Program-made: the position numbers and the translations under genes
Shown here: positions 11,053 to 21,600 of the stretch, piece after piece
Layout of the letters: each line of letters begins with the position of its first letter
Position numbering within the stretch: the stretch's first letter is position 1
Source of the DNA: Sporopachydermia quercuum
Taxonomy: Eukaryota
Direction of reading: 5' to 3'
Length of the DNA stretch: 64,000 nucleotides
NCBI GenBank assembly: GCA_001599295.1
Contig: BCGN01000001.1
Span: forward strand, 2,232,001-2,296,000
The notes under the pieces: model-generated
The model's input: the letters and a program-made list of their open reading frames with translations, nothing else
Databases searched by the model: none
What the model was told of the DNA's origin: nothing

Positions 11053-13227
11053 CTAAATGCTGCTCCTCTCTCCTTCTGAACGTGCGAAAGACTCTCGCAT
11101 ACTATGCAGTTCCTCCAAGGCCTTTTGGGAGAGATAATCGTCGTCAGTTATATCTAACGATTGAACAGAACGTGATTCCATCCAATTAGCATCTTTTCTA
11201 AATANATGCCGTAAAACAAGCGTCCAAGACAAGTCCTTAGAAGGAGAATAATGGTGAGGATTATTTGTAGGATCAACAGACTTGACTTCTGAAGGTCTCA
11301 CACCAAGAACAGTACGATCTCTTGGAAAAAGTCGAGCTGGCTCATGGTATTTTTGTGAATAAAATCGAAACAATGATCTCAAAGATTGCCGGTTATTCTC
11401 TTCCTGACTATTATTAATGCGGTAGAGGGTCACTAATTTTTCCAACGTATTGTCTTGGTATCGTGAAAACCGTTTGGATAAATCAACCACTTGATTTAGA
11501 ACTGAAGGAGGCAACTCCATATTCCATTCCCAGAATTCAAATAAATAATAATAAACAGGGTGAAAGTTGGGACCACGGAAGCAGTTCATTAGTATCAGCT
11601 TGCATATTTTCACTGGAAGACGCAAGTCCCATTCATTCTGGAAACATATAAATTTATAACGGTGGTACATCTCATGAAGAATCAGCTTAGAAGAAGTTGC
11701 TATCGCAAGGGTTCTAAGAATGATTTCATAAGAAGTTTTATCAAACCAGTTATTTTTCGTGAAGCCCAGTTTATCTTCAAGGAATACATATAATGTCAGC
11801 AGACCTTCAGTTTTTCGTTCATGCACACAGACCCTTAGTATTGTATTAGTTAAAAGGATCATGGTACGATTTTCGAAACCAGCTTCAACGCACTTTCTGA
11901 CGAAATCNTCAGTAACTTGATGATCTGTAACTATTGGAAGGTTGTCAGGAAGAGCTAAGTGTTTAGCAGGCCCATTCAAATCACGATAATCTAGTTCGAC
12001 ATTGTTTTTTACAAAAGTGTTAACTACTTGCCAAATAATAAAATGATTCATTTCAGCTTCACAGTAAGATGATATAACAGCTCTTGCAATATCAGGATCC
12101 TTTTTAAACATCATTTCCGTAGTACGAAAGGCAAGTTCTTCAGCTACTTTCAAAACATATTCAGTTTCGCCAGAGTCGCCTAAATATGACAGGGCATTTT
12201 TCAAAATAGAATCAGATACATCTTTCAGTTGAGTGTGAGCAATCAAATCTTCAATTACACATGTTACACCAGCAGAAAAGCCATAAGCAATAAACTGCGA
12301 TAATACATATATTTTCAAAGTAATCAGGTTAGGTACATCGTACTCTTTATTCAACTGGTAGAGGGACAGTGCAGCATGCAGGGCTTCTTCTCTGAACAAC
12401 GTGACAAAAAACTTCTCACGGTTAAGTGAGGATAGAAAATATGATATAAGTTTCTTCTGCTCTACAGAATCATGTTGATCTATTATATCAGCAATAACTT
12501 TATCCAGAAGGTCCAATCCTGATTCAAGTTCATAAGGATATTCGTATGAACTTGACACAAGTGTTGATTTTAGAGTCAAGGCGTATTCTTTAGAATACGT
12601 GTTTCCAATCATCCTCTCTAGGAGTACTTTAAACCTGTACCGTAGTACTAGGTCTTTATTAATAGTTACAATATTCCTTAAAATAAGAAGCCCCCTTTTT
12701 GACAGTTGAAGCTCAGGGTCTATGGAACATGCCATTTCTATAATATGCAGAGCCATAGTGTTTGCAACCTTGTTGTCATCAGATAACTGAACTGCAGAAA
12801 GAAACTGAGCATAGGCTTTTGCTACCCATGGCACTTCTCCATATAGCATTGCAGTCAATGTGTGAAACAATTCTTCGTACCTTTCGCCATCTTCTAGATA
12901 CTGTAATTCTGCAATCAGCTTCGTCCAAGCTTCACTCAGTGCTCTTGTTTTCCCACTTTTCGTTATTTGAACTTTTGAAAGCTGCTTTAGTCGTTTCTTC
13001 ACTGATTCTGGTAAACCTGTTGTGTTAGCTGGTGCCGTAGTGTCGGCTGAGATACTAAGCTTGCGATGACCTTTCAATCGTAGATGATTACCCCATGACG
13101 GTGACACAAGCGAGAGAGATCTATATGTACTTGATGACAATGATAAAATTTGTCTGTGGTTTCCAATTGCTTTCACATGTCTTCCATTGCTACAATGGAG
13201 GCATTTATGTATCAAAGTGTTCGTCAT
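11053..13227 (-). CDS. Uncharacterised 724-aa protein, probably mitochondrial with helical repeats (PPR-like)
   Basis: Long ORF with ATG; basic, Ser-rich, acid-poor N-terminus resembling a presequence; Leu-rich helical body with PPR-like segments (LTNTILRVC, SYEIILRTLA). Family call is inference. Confidence 0.6.
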   Translation of the reverse strand: MTNTLIHKCLHCSNGRHVKAIGNHRQILSLSSSTYRSLSLVSPSWGNHLRLKGHRKLSISADTTAPANTTGLPESVKKRLKQLSKVQITKSGKTRALSEAWTKLIAELQYLEDGERYEELFHTLTAMLYGEVPWVAKAYAQFLSAVQLSDDNKVANTMALHIIEMACSIDPELQLSKRGLLILRNIVTINKDLVLRYRFKVLLERMIGNTYSKEYALTLKSTLVSSSYEYPYELESGLDLLDKVIADIIDQHDSVEQKKLISYFLSSLNREKFFVTLFREEALHAALSLYQLNKEYDVPNLITLKIYVLSQFIAYGFSAGVTCVIEDLIAHTQLKDVSDSILKNALSYLGDSGETEYVLKVAEELAFRTTEMMFKKDPDIARAVISSYCEAEMNHFIIWQVVNTFVKNNVELDYRDLNGPAKHLALPDNLPIVTDHQVTXDFVRKCVEAGFENRTMILLTNTILRVCVHERKTEGLLTLYVFLEDKLGFTKNNWFDKTSYEIILRTLAIATSSKLILHEMYHRYKFICFQNEWDLRLPVKICKLILMNCFRGPNFHPVYYYLFEFWEWNMELPPSVLNQVVDLSKRFSRYQDNTLEKLVTLYRINNSQEENNRQSLRSLFRFYSQKYHEPARLFPRDRTVLGVRPSEVKSVDPTNNPHHYSPSKDLSWTLVLRHXFRKDANWMESRSVQSLDITDDDYLSQKALEELHSMRESFARSEGERSSI

Positions 13228-13798
13228 ATTAATGAGTTACCTCTCATTTGAATTGTAATGAAGAACCCAGAATTTCTTCAAATCCAGAAATTAGATCTTC
13301 AAAAGCCAAAATCAGTACTCCATTGATCCATGAATATATACACTACGCTCATATAGTAAACAACTGTATTAACATATAATAAACAGTTCAACAGTTCATA
13401 TCATATTTTTCATTTGCCTAGATAGTTCACTTTCCTCTCAAATCACAAGCTATCAGAAAAATACGAGACCCTAATTTGTCCTTGCCCTATAAGGTAAAAG
13501 TTCCTCAGACTCCCGGCCCTTTATGTCGTATTGGTCGTATAAAAAAAGAAATCAACCTTTTTCTATGTCATATGCTGATTTGAATGAAAGAAAGACAGAA
13601 GAAAAAAGATTGTTTATTTGACTGGTTCATGGTTCAAAAAATAGTTGAACAATGAGAGGAGGTGTGCGCTTGATAAATAGACATCTTCTAGCGAAACAAC
13701 TGTCTGAAAAGATAGATGGTGAAGAACTTGGCATTGTGTTAGTAGAGATTCTCTTCTGAACACTGATATAAGTATTAACCTATGCACTATTGGGAACA

Positions 13799-15364
13799 AT
13801 GTGGAGTCGAAGTTTCTTGTATAAACATAAAACTACAGTGTCAGTGAATAGGCTGAAAGTGGCTTTGTTTAATGCTGATAAACTGGTATCAACTGCTAAG
13901 TTGAATCATGGAAATAGCCAGTTTCGAAGAAACTACTCCAAAGCTCCTTTCAGTGATGATTTGACGGAAGGAGAGGATATATTCAAAGACGAATTGGCTG
14001 ATTTCTATACCGTTGATCCTACTACGCTGAGACCAATGAATAACCAGGATGCTAATACAGAATTAGTATCAGCATTGGATAGCNCCAAAAAGAAGCCAAG
14101 TAGAAGAAAATCAATGAATTTAGAAGCTGAAGTGAAAGAGTTAGGACCTAGGGTATTCATTTCAACGTCAGAAGATCCATACTTCAATTTAGCATTAGAA
14201 GATTATATTTTTGACAATTTTCCGTTGGATCGGATGAATAAAAAGGTCGCGAATAATAGATTGGTGCTGTATGTTAATTCACCTTGCGTGGTCATAGGAA
14301 AAAATCAAAATCCCTGGAGGGAAGTTAATCTACCTGTATTGTCATCTCTACGAATACCTTTTTTGAGAAGGAAATCTGGAGGGGGAGCTGTTGTTCATGA
14401 TACAGGGAATGTTAATTTCAGTTTCATGACTAGTAAGGATGATTTCACCAGGGACCACTTTTCTTCTTTGCTTGTAGAAGAAGTAAATAAGTTTCCATTG
14501 GGTCAAAGCATAACAAGAAGTAACGAAAATGGAGTTTTGCATAATGTTTCTGGTCCTCAACTTCGACTGGCTTTGAATGAAAGATTTGATATGGTTGACG
14601 AAGAATCAGGCGAGAAAGTGTCAGGATCAGCTTACAAAATAGTGAAGCATAAGTCTTATCATCATGGCACGATGTTATTGGATTCGAGACTAGACATATT
14701 ACGAACTTTGTTGCATCGTGATGAGGCAGTGCTTGGCACAGTTGAAGGAAGAGGTATTGATAGTGTGAAGAGCCCAGTAACCAATGTTGGCTTGGATAAG
14801 AATGTTTTCATAGAATGCTGTTTCACGGCATTTGGAAAACGATTTGGCGTCTCGGGAGCTGAAAATGGAGTAGTAAGTATCAATAATGAAATAAGTGCTA
14901 CTGATTATGATGATGACCTACTAGGCTTGAAGGTTTTTCAAACTGCCTACACTGATGATAGTGTTGACTTCATCGATGATTCTAATGTTAGTAAGACTTC
15001 AGAAATAATAGAGGTGGATGATACAGAAGCGAAAAGCAATAGAGTATTAGCAAAGAAGATTGAACAGCTAAAATCCTGGAGTTGGAAGTTTGGGAACACT
15101 CCTTTATTCACACATACGTTAACTCATCCTGAACTTGACTTCAAGGTGATTCTCACCGTAGACAGAGGTTATTTGATTAATTTGAAGCTGCACGGAGCAA
15201 AAGGTTTACAGTTTGAAGGATTTGAGATTGAATCGCTATTTAGGCACTTAAAAGTACAAGCGGAAAAGAAATCTCTGCGATATATTGGCAGCGATTTAGC
15301 AGGTTTCATACCCAGAGAAGCCTTGGGTGATTGGTTAGGTTCATCGATTGACGGAACTACATGA
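13799..15364 (+). CDS. AIM22: Mitochondrial lipoate-protein ligase A
   Basis: PYFNLALEDYIF, CVVIGKNQNPWREVN, RRKSGGGAVVHDTGNVNFSF, KVSGSAYK, HHGTMLL motifs; first ATG at 13799. Confidence 0.92.
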   Translation: MWSRSFLYKHKTTVSVNRLKVALFNADKLVSTAKLNHGNSQFRRNYSKAPFSDDLTEGEDIFKDELADFYTVDPTTLRPMNNQDANTELVSALDSXKKKPSRRKSMNLEAEVKELGPRVFISTSEDPYFNLALEDYIFDNFPLDRMNKKVANNRLVLYVNSPCVVIGKNQNPWREVNLPVLSSLRIPFLRRKSGGGAVVHDTGNVNFSFMTSKDDFTRDHFSSLLVEEVNKFPLGQSITRSNENGVLHNVSGPQLRLALNERFDMVDEESGEKVSGSAYKIVKHKSYHHGTMLLDSRLDILRTLLHRDEAVLGTVEGRGIDSVKSPVTNVGLDKNVFIECCFTAFGKRFGVSGAENGVVSINNEISATDYDDDLLGLKVFQTAYTDDSVDFIDDSNVSKTSEIIEVDDTEAKSNRVLAKKIEQLKSWSWKFGNTPLFTHTLTHPELDFKVILTVDRGYLINLKLHGAKGLQFEGFEIESLFRHLKVQAEKKSLRYIGSDLAGFIPREALGDWLGSSIDGTT

Positions 15365-15898
15365 TTAGATCCAATGGTTTTCAGGACGGTATGATGACGG
15401 ATTCAATCGAAAAGTGCTTTTCAAAAGTTCTTTCCCTAGTAGAAGATAGATTTTCATGTAAATAATAGAAGAATGAATTTGTCATAATAATAATAGCTTT
15501 GTAGTTAAATGAAGTTCTCAATAACTAGCAAACAATTGACCATTGATAACGGAGTAAAGTTCTACAATTTCTGCAACATTATGCATTGTGAAGCTAAGGT
15601 TTTTCATGCAAGCCTTAATCATAAATGCAGAGTTTAATTAAGGTTTAATATTTACGAGCTTCCACTTACAAATANTATGCCTCTATATGCATTTACTCAC
15701 ACTTAAAATAAAGTTTCACATGTACAAGTAAACATATGATTCTCATTTCCACTTACTTCAAATTTCGCTTCTTTCACTCTTTCTTTAATCTACTAGATGT
15801 AACCTTTCTGCAGGTTTTGCCTGCTACCTCAAAACAAAATTCCCATGCTACAACCCTTTGTTTAAGAACGCCTTCATCCTGCATATACGAAACAAAAA

Positions 15899-17008
15899 AT
15901 GCTACAAATAGCAAGCAACTGTTTTAAGCCTCAAACCAACAGGTATCTTTCCATCGTCACTACTGCGTCATCTTCACCATTGCCATTATCATTCGGATTC
16001 AAGCCTATTAAATCAATCAAGAGATATTCAACGGTTCCACCTAGTGATCCTTATGAGGTGTTTGATAAAAATGTCAAAAGAGCCCAGAAGGCAAGAGCAG
16101 CTTTAAACCCAGAAGCAAATAGGACTGTAGAGTACTTGAGAAGAGAGATATGTGGAAGAACAATCGAGAGATTAGCTTTCATTACGCGAAAATTTCCTAA
16201 AGTTCTTGATTTCGGATCAGGCGCCGGAACCCTAGAGGATATGCTGACAAGCAAAGGAAATGATGGTAGAAACAGTGAAGAGGATATCAAGAAAGTGAGA
16301 GACATGCTGGGAGAAATCGTTATGTTTGACAGCTGTAAAGAACTGCTTTTTAGAGACAGTGATAGTAAAGAGTTTCCGTTCAATAAAGAAATCAATATTG
16401 AAAGAGTTGTTGGAGATGAAGAAACAGTAAATGATGAATTATTTGCAGAAAACTCATTTGATGCCTGTATTTCCAATATGAGTATGCATTGGATCAATGA
16501 TCTGCCAGGAGTTCTGAGTAGAATTAATCGCCTGTTGAAACCAGATGGAATGTTCATGGCAAGCATGATTGGAGGTGATTCACTGTATGAATTACGGACG
16601 TCACTACAATTAGCGGAAATGGAAAGAAAAGGGGGTCTTTCACCTCGAATGTCACCACTTGCTGATGTGAATGATATCGGTGGGCTAATGAATAAGGCGA
16701 AGTTCAATCTACTAACTGTTGATGTTGAAGATATCGTAGTATCATATCCAAACATGCTAGCGTTGATGGAAGATTTACAGTCAATGGGTGAAAGCAATGC
16801 TGTTTTAAAAAGACAAGCAAGTATCCCAAGAGATGTGTTACTAGCGGCTAATGCTATTTATGAGCAAATGCATGGAGAAGGCGATTCTATNCCTGCAACT
16901 TTCAGGTTTATATTTATGATCGGTTGGAAGCAAAGTGCCAATCAGCCAAAACCTTTAGAAAGGGGAACTGGCGAGATCAATTTGAAAGATATTCTGAAGC
17001 TGGATTAG
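15899..17008 (+). CDS. NDUFAF5: Complex I assembly factor (SAM-methyltransferase-fold arginine hydroxylase)
   Basis: VLDFGSGAG SAM motif, MHWINDLPG, LYELRTSLQLAEMERKGGLSPRMSP, DLQSMGESNA, PATFRFIFMIGWK, PKPLERG. Confidence 0.92.
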   Translation: MLQIASNCFKPQTNRYLSIVTTASSSPLPLSFGFKPIKSIKRYSTVPPSDPYEVFDKNVKRAQKARAALNPEANRTVEYLRREICGRTIERLAFITRKFPKVLDFGSGAGTLEDMLTSKGNDGRNSEEDIKKVRDMLGEIVMFDSCKELLFRDSDSKEFPFNKEINIERVVGDEETVNDELFAENSFDACISNMSMHWINDLPGVLSRINRLLKPDGMFMASMIGGDSLYELRTSLQLAEMERKGGLSPRMSPLADVNDIGGLMNKAKFNLLTVDVEDIVVSYPNMLALMEDLQSMGESNAVLKRQASIPRDVLLAANAIYEQMHGEGDSXPATFRFIFMIGWKQSANQPKPLERGTGEINLKDILKLD

Positions 17009-17224
17009 GGAGATAAATATGTACATAGAAACAATACAAAGATTCATTCAGGACACCAAGTAGATTCGTATTATATGTTAAGNATTATGGGCCAGAGGGT
17101 TTAAACAACCTAATTTAAACCAGGTGCATTTTAAACTTTATACTTCACTGCATTTATAGTCACCTGAACAATAAATGCTATCACTAACAGGAAGTCAATA
17201 AAGTATAATCATGTTCAGCANGTT

Positions 17225-18600
17225 CTATTTAGATTCTCTCATCATAGAGCTATTCTGGTAACAGGCTTCTAGAAGCAGCATTTGTAGACCTTCGTAGAGT
17301 CGTAGAAGCAACGGACCGATTGCTCTTTTGAAACCAAATATGACTCACTGGTAGGAAATCTCAGCATTAGATTGTTGATTTTGACAGCTTGTTGATGCAA
17401 CAATTTTTATTCGATAGTCAACGTCATTGATTTTGAGTTCATTTGCTCCTAGCAATCAAGACAAATATCTCTGACCAGTAGAAGCATCACCACGGACTCT
17501 TCAAATAATAAACAGGTAAATTCTTTAATCTTCTTCCAATGTATCGTCGGTACTCTCATTGTTTGAAAGTGGTATCGAAAGTAATACTCAAAATGTTGCT
17601 TATCTGCTGTATACAATCAATAATGTTTTCAATCTATAATTATATATGTTAAGCTGAGTTCGTTGAAGAATCCAATTGAATAGCGCTTTCAGAAGGAAAT
17701 AGCTTTTTGGTCTGAGTTTCATCATCGTCCTACAAATCTCATCGTCCAACGCATATTTTCAGCCACTTCTACAACCAACGTTCTTAATTAAACAGCTATT
17801 AAATGCTGATGATTCAGTTGGCTATCCTCTTTTTCCCTTTGTAAGAATAGAACAAAAATATCCAGAAGCTCATTTGCAGCTCATTGCATCTCTATAAGAA
17901 GACATCTTTATTGTTAATCATTGACACATTAAATCCAATACATTGCCATACAAAGTCCCCTTGAAGCTCTATCTTACCATTCAGAACAGCAATCGTGACA
18001 AGGCTACGGTTATTTCAGGACTACCCCGAGCTGTCAGGTATGGTGCGTGCAGTCTCTGGACCGTCCAGGATTGAACTGCTATAATTATAGTTATTGCTGT
18101 TGATTCTAATTGATCGTTGCTTTATTGCTCATCTAGTATAGAAAACAACAGATTATCAGCAGAACCTGGATTATCTACACAAAGTAGTTCAGCTAAGCAA
18201 ATCCGCAGTAGTAACTGCAAGAGACTGGTGATCATTAATTCACTAGCAAATAGCAAATAGTGAATGCTTTGTCATCGGAAAGTACGGGAAGAAAAATACA
18301 ATCAATTGAATGAGGCTGAATGAATTTGGATAAAGCTGCGTTTATAAATAAATCCACTGGTGCTGATGGTTCCTATAGTTAGTCAATTAACTATAGACAG
18401 AGCTTTGCTATAACTTTCTATAATTCTCTTCTTATCAAGATAACTAATACTAACAACGAGTGGCAATGGATCAGTGATATCTATCACAATACTCTTGACT
18501 GTTATGTTCATCGACGTTTGGTATGATTGACAAGTGCCCAATGAACAAGGGGATTCTAAGGATTAAAGGAGTGTCCTAATGGAGAATACTAATACTTAAT
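17225..18600 (+). ncRNA. Candidate telomerase RNA (~1.4 kb; ends approximate)
   Basis: ORF-free gap between convergent genes; template-like TCATCGTCC-TACAAATC-TCATCGTCC at 17722-17747; many nested helices with G-U pairs on the + strand; 5' and 3' ends complementary (17226-17301 with 18552-18594). Confidence 0.55.
17722..17747 (+). repeat. Template-like element: 17-nt unit plus 9-nt terminal redundancy
   Basis: TCATCGTCC at 17722-17730 and 17739-17747; the complement gives the G-rich unit GATTTGTAGGACGATGA. Confidence 0.55.
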
Positions 18601-18699
18601 TGGTGATATGTTTAGTTCCTTATGTTAAACCGTTTAACTAGCTCTCTTCTGATATGACTTTCATAGCCATACAGAGCATTTCTTTCATCTATTCCTTCN

Positions 18700-21600
18700 T
18701 TACAATTGACTCATCAACTCTTTTAATCTATCAACGGGTCTGTCAAAGCTTGACCAATCAGTCTCCTCAAGTAGTATCAATGTTTCTTCTGCTATCTCAA
18801 CCTTCTGCGGTGCCTCTTCTTCTACCTTATTTAACATCTCTGTTAATACATCAACAAGGCCTTCTGCAGCTACTCTTCTCACACTATTTACTTTGTATTC
18901 AATGACAAGTCTCAACAGTTCCTTGTTCGCTTTCCTCCTAATATTCTCATCATAAGAGTTGATAGCCAGCCACGAGAAAATCCTAATGCAACTACTCATT
19001 CTCCAATGATTAATAGATCCTAAATGTAGATTGAAAGCTCTTATGAAAAGTGTATTCTGGTTAAAATCTGGTATTGGAATTCCTGATTCTAAAGTAGACA
19101 TTATCACATTAAGACAAGTTGTAACGGTTTTCTTCTCTTTCTCCCTAGTAAACAAGGAGAAGTTGATATTGATATTGGGAAGAGAAGTATCGTTATTGCC
19201 AGTATTAGCAGTGCAATTCTTATTGATTATTGATATCAGCTCGTCTCCATTATCCATAGGAAACTTCAGAACGTAAATCAGTCTTCTTAGTAAGCTTGAC
19301 TTTATTGCATCATCGCTTTTCGAGAAGAAATCAATATATGTGCTATAGATAGCTGCTTTACTAGAATCACTTATTGTAATTGCACCAGCACAGTAAACTA
19401 ATCCTCTTGTAAGTTCTGTATAAAAGGAGTTCATTTCATCATACAATTTTTGATCTTCTGCTGCTGCTGTTTCTACTTGGTTGAGGTGTTCTGATGTTTT
19501 CACTGTAAACTGGAATATCTTTAGGATTATGTGGAAAAACTGTTGCAATGAAGTGAATGCAGATGTCTTGCTCATTTGCTCTAATGTTGATGATTCCGGT
19601 ATATTGTTCGTGTTTTCGATAGCAATAGCAATGCCAGTAGTAGTGTTAATACTATTAGTATTCATAGAACTAGAACTGTTATTACTATCGCTTATGCCGC
19701 TATTTCTATCACCTATGATATAGGTTTGCCTATTATCAAATACTTCTTTTACCACACCTCCTAGTTCGTTTTCAGTCAGAATATCCTTTACAAACTGAAC
19801 ATCCAACGTAATCAGCACTAGCAAAGCTTTCATCCTCAATCGATCAATTGCATCAAACGTACACCTTAAAAGACCTTTTATGATACTAGTTTTGATAACA
19901 TCGCCAACAGCAGACCTCTTGAAATAACAGTCAAAAAACACCCAATTGCTGAAAACCGCTTGCATTACTGCTTCTCGTGTGATTGATCCAACATCTCCTT
20001 GTTCTGTTACTCGGTAATCGTTTAATAGTATGCAAATAGTTGCCATCAATTGATTAATAAGATTGGTGATAGGGCTAGTAGTACCAATTGCTGTGATATC
20101 AAAGTTGTTTAGTATGTGAGATAAGCCATAAAGTAGACCAGCAGTTTGTTCAGGAGCTAATTTCCCACTGAGCATCAATTCCATTACCTTATGAAAGTGG
20201 GGAATACTATTAGTAAGATTATTAGAATCATCTTTAGCCAATTGAAACATTGGTAAATAAAATAAAGCATATGAAGTATTCACGCTACCATATTCTATTA
20301 GATTTATCCAGCGATCGATTGATGTTTCTTCTAAGAATGATAACAACTCAGAAATAGCTTGGAATTGAGTTCTAAGACTCTTATCGTTTCTTCTCAATAT
20401 AATCAGAAGGAATTGGTGGCAAGCTTTCAAATTATCGTCGAGCTGTTCAATAATAGTAGATGGATTGTTGATATTATCAGTTTTATCATTCACATTAGCG
20501 TTAGTAGTACAAACATCCTCACTCACAATTGACCTGTAGCTAAGTAGTGAATGATACAACGTAAGAAACTCTTCAGCCTTATATGTAGGATCTCTGACAT
20601 TATCAATTGTTTTTCCATTATCAACCAGCCATTGAGAGAGTTGGTGAACTTCCTTCGGTGTTAATGAAAACTGCTGGTGAGCTACTTTCTTTAGTTTCCT
20701 ATTTTCGTACGCCATAGAAGTCTCTGNAGTTAAACATTCTGCTAAACCATAACTGATGCCATATGTATGTCCTTGTCTTTCCAGCAAAGAACATATTAGT
20801 TCTCTACGTTTGTTGATACCTAATCTACTGTAGAATCTGCCGATTGCTTCACTAGAAAGCTTTCTTACTTTAGGGTCCCAAGATGTTAGAGAATTGTTGA
20901 TGAGATAGTCAATCATAGAAGATTGGAACCAACTGCAAGTGGTATCAATGTTGAATGCAACAGTTAAATATGATTGATTGATTCTACCGATTGAAACAAA
21001 GTCCAGCGCTTGTACAACACCTAATAAATGTTTNATTTCCATTTGATGGTTATTAACAGTAGTGTTATTAATAGTAGTATTGATATTGCTATCATCTGAT
21101 GAGAAACCCATGATACTGTTATGTCTACCAATAGCCTCTTGAGTCGTTGCAGCAGCAGCTCTTCTGACATTGATTTCTCGATCAAAGCAAGCAACGGAGA
21201 CAAGTTTCTTAATAATAGTTTCAATGTTGGTGTTTTCCAAGGTTTTGCTATGTTTGTTCCTAACCATTGCCCATATAGCAAAACAAGCAGAATCACGCAC
21301 ATTGGCTCCCACGGCATATGTGATTCGCTCTTGCTCAAAAGTTAAAGCGTTGCTTAGAATGCTGATCACCATTGGCAATACATTATCTGGAATCAGTTGT
21401 TTGAGGAAGAATTCACCAATGGTCAGCATAACAGTATGCCATTTGTTTGCTGATACTATATTGAAGTCTATACTATGAGTGAGATGGATATGTTCAAAAT
21501 CAGAAGGATCAAAATCAGGTATTTCAAGCTCTTGAAGCGTCTGGAAAANTATCTCTAGTGCTAAATCTCCGTCTTGAAGAGCCTGTGCTATTCGTGCCAA

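Noticed and set aside
16051..16797. 248-aa minus-strand ORF
   Set aside because: Antisense to NDUFAF5 in mirrored frame
17951..17963. AAAGTCCCC resembling the RNase MRP CR-I motif, complementary to CAAGGGGA at 18546-53
   Set aside because: Lacks the leading G and a proper CR-V motif; treated as an alternative pairing within the TER candidate
18409..18526. 15-nt match to KU70 exon 2 (TATAACTTTCTATAA) and a short frame vaguely like SF3b5
   Set aside because: AT-rich match expected by chance, does not extend; no start codon
18613..18633. snR30 m1/m2-like words (TTCCT...AAACCG)
   Set aside because: No intervening hairpin or terminal ACA at the required spacing
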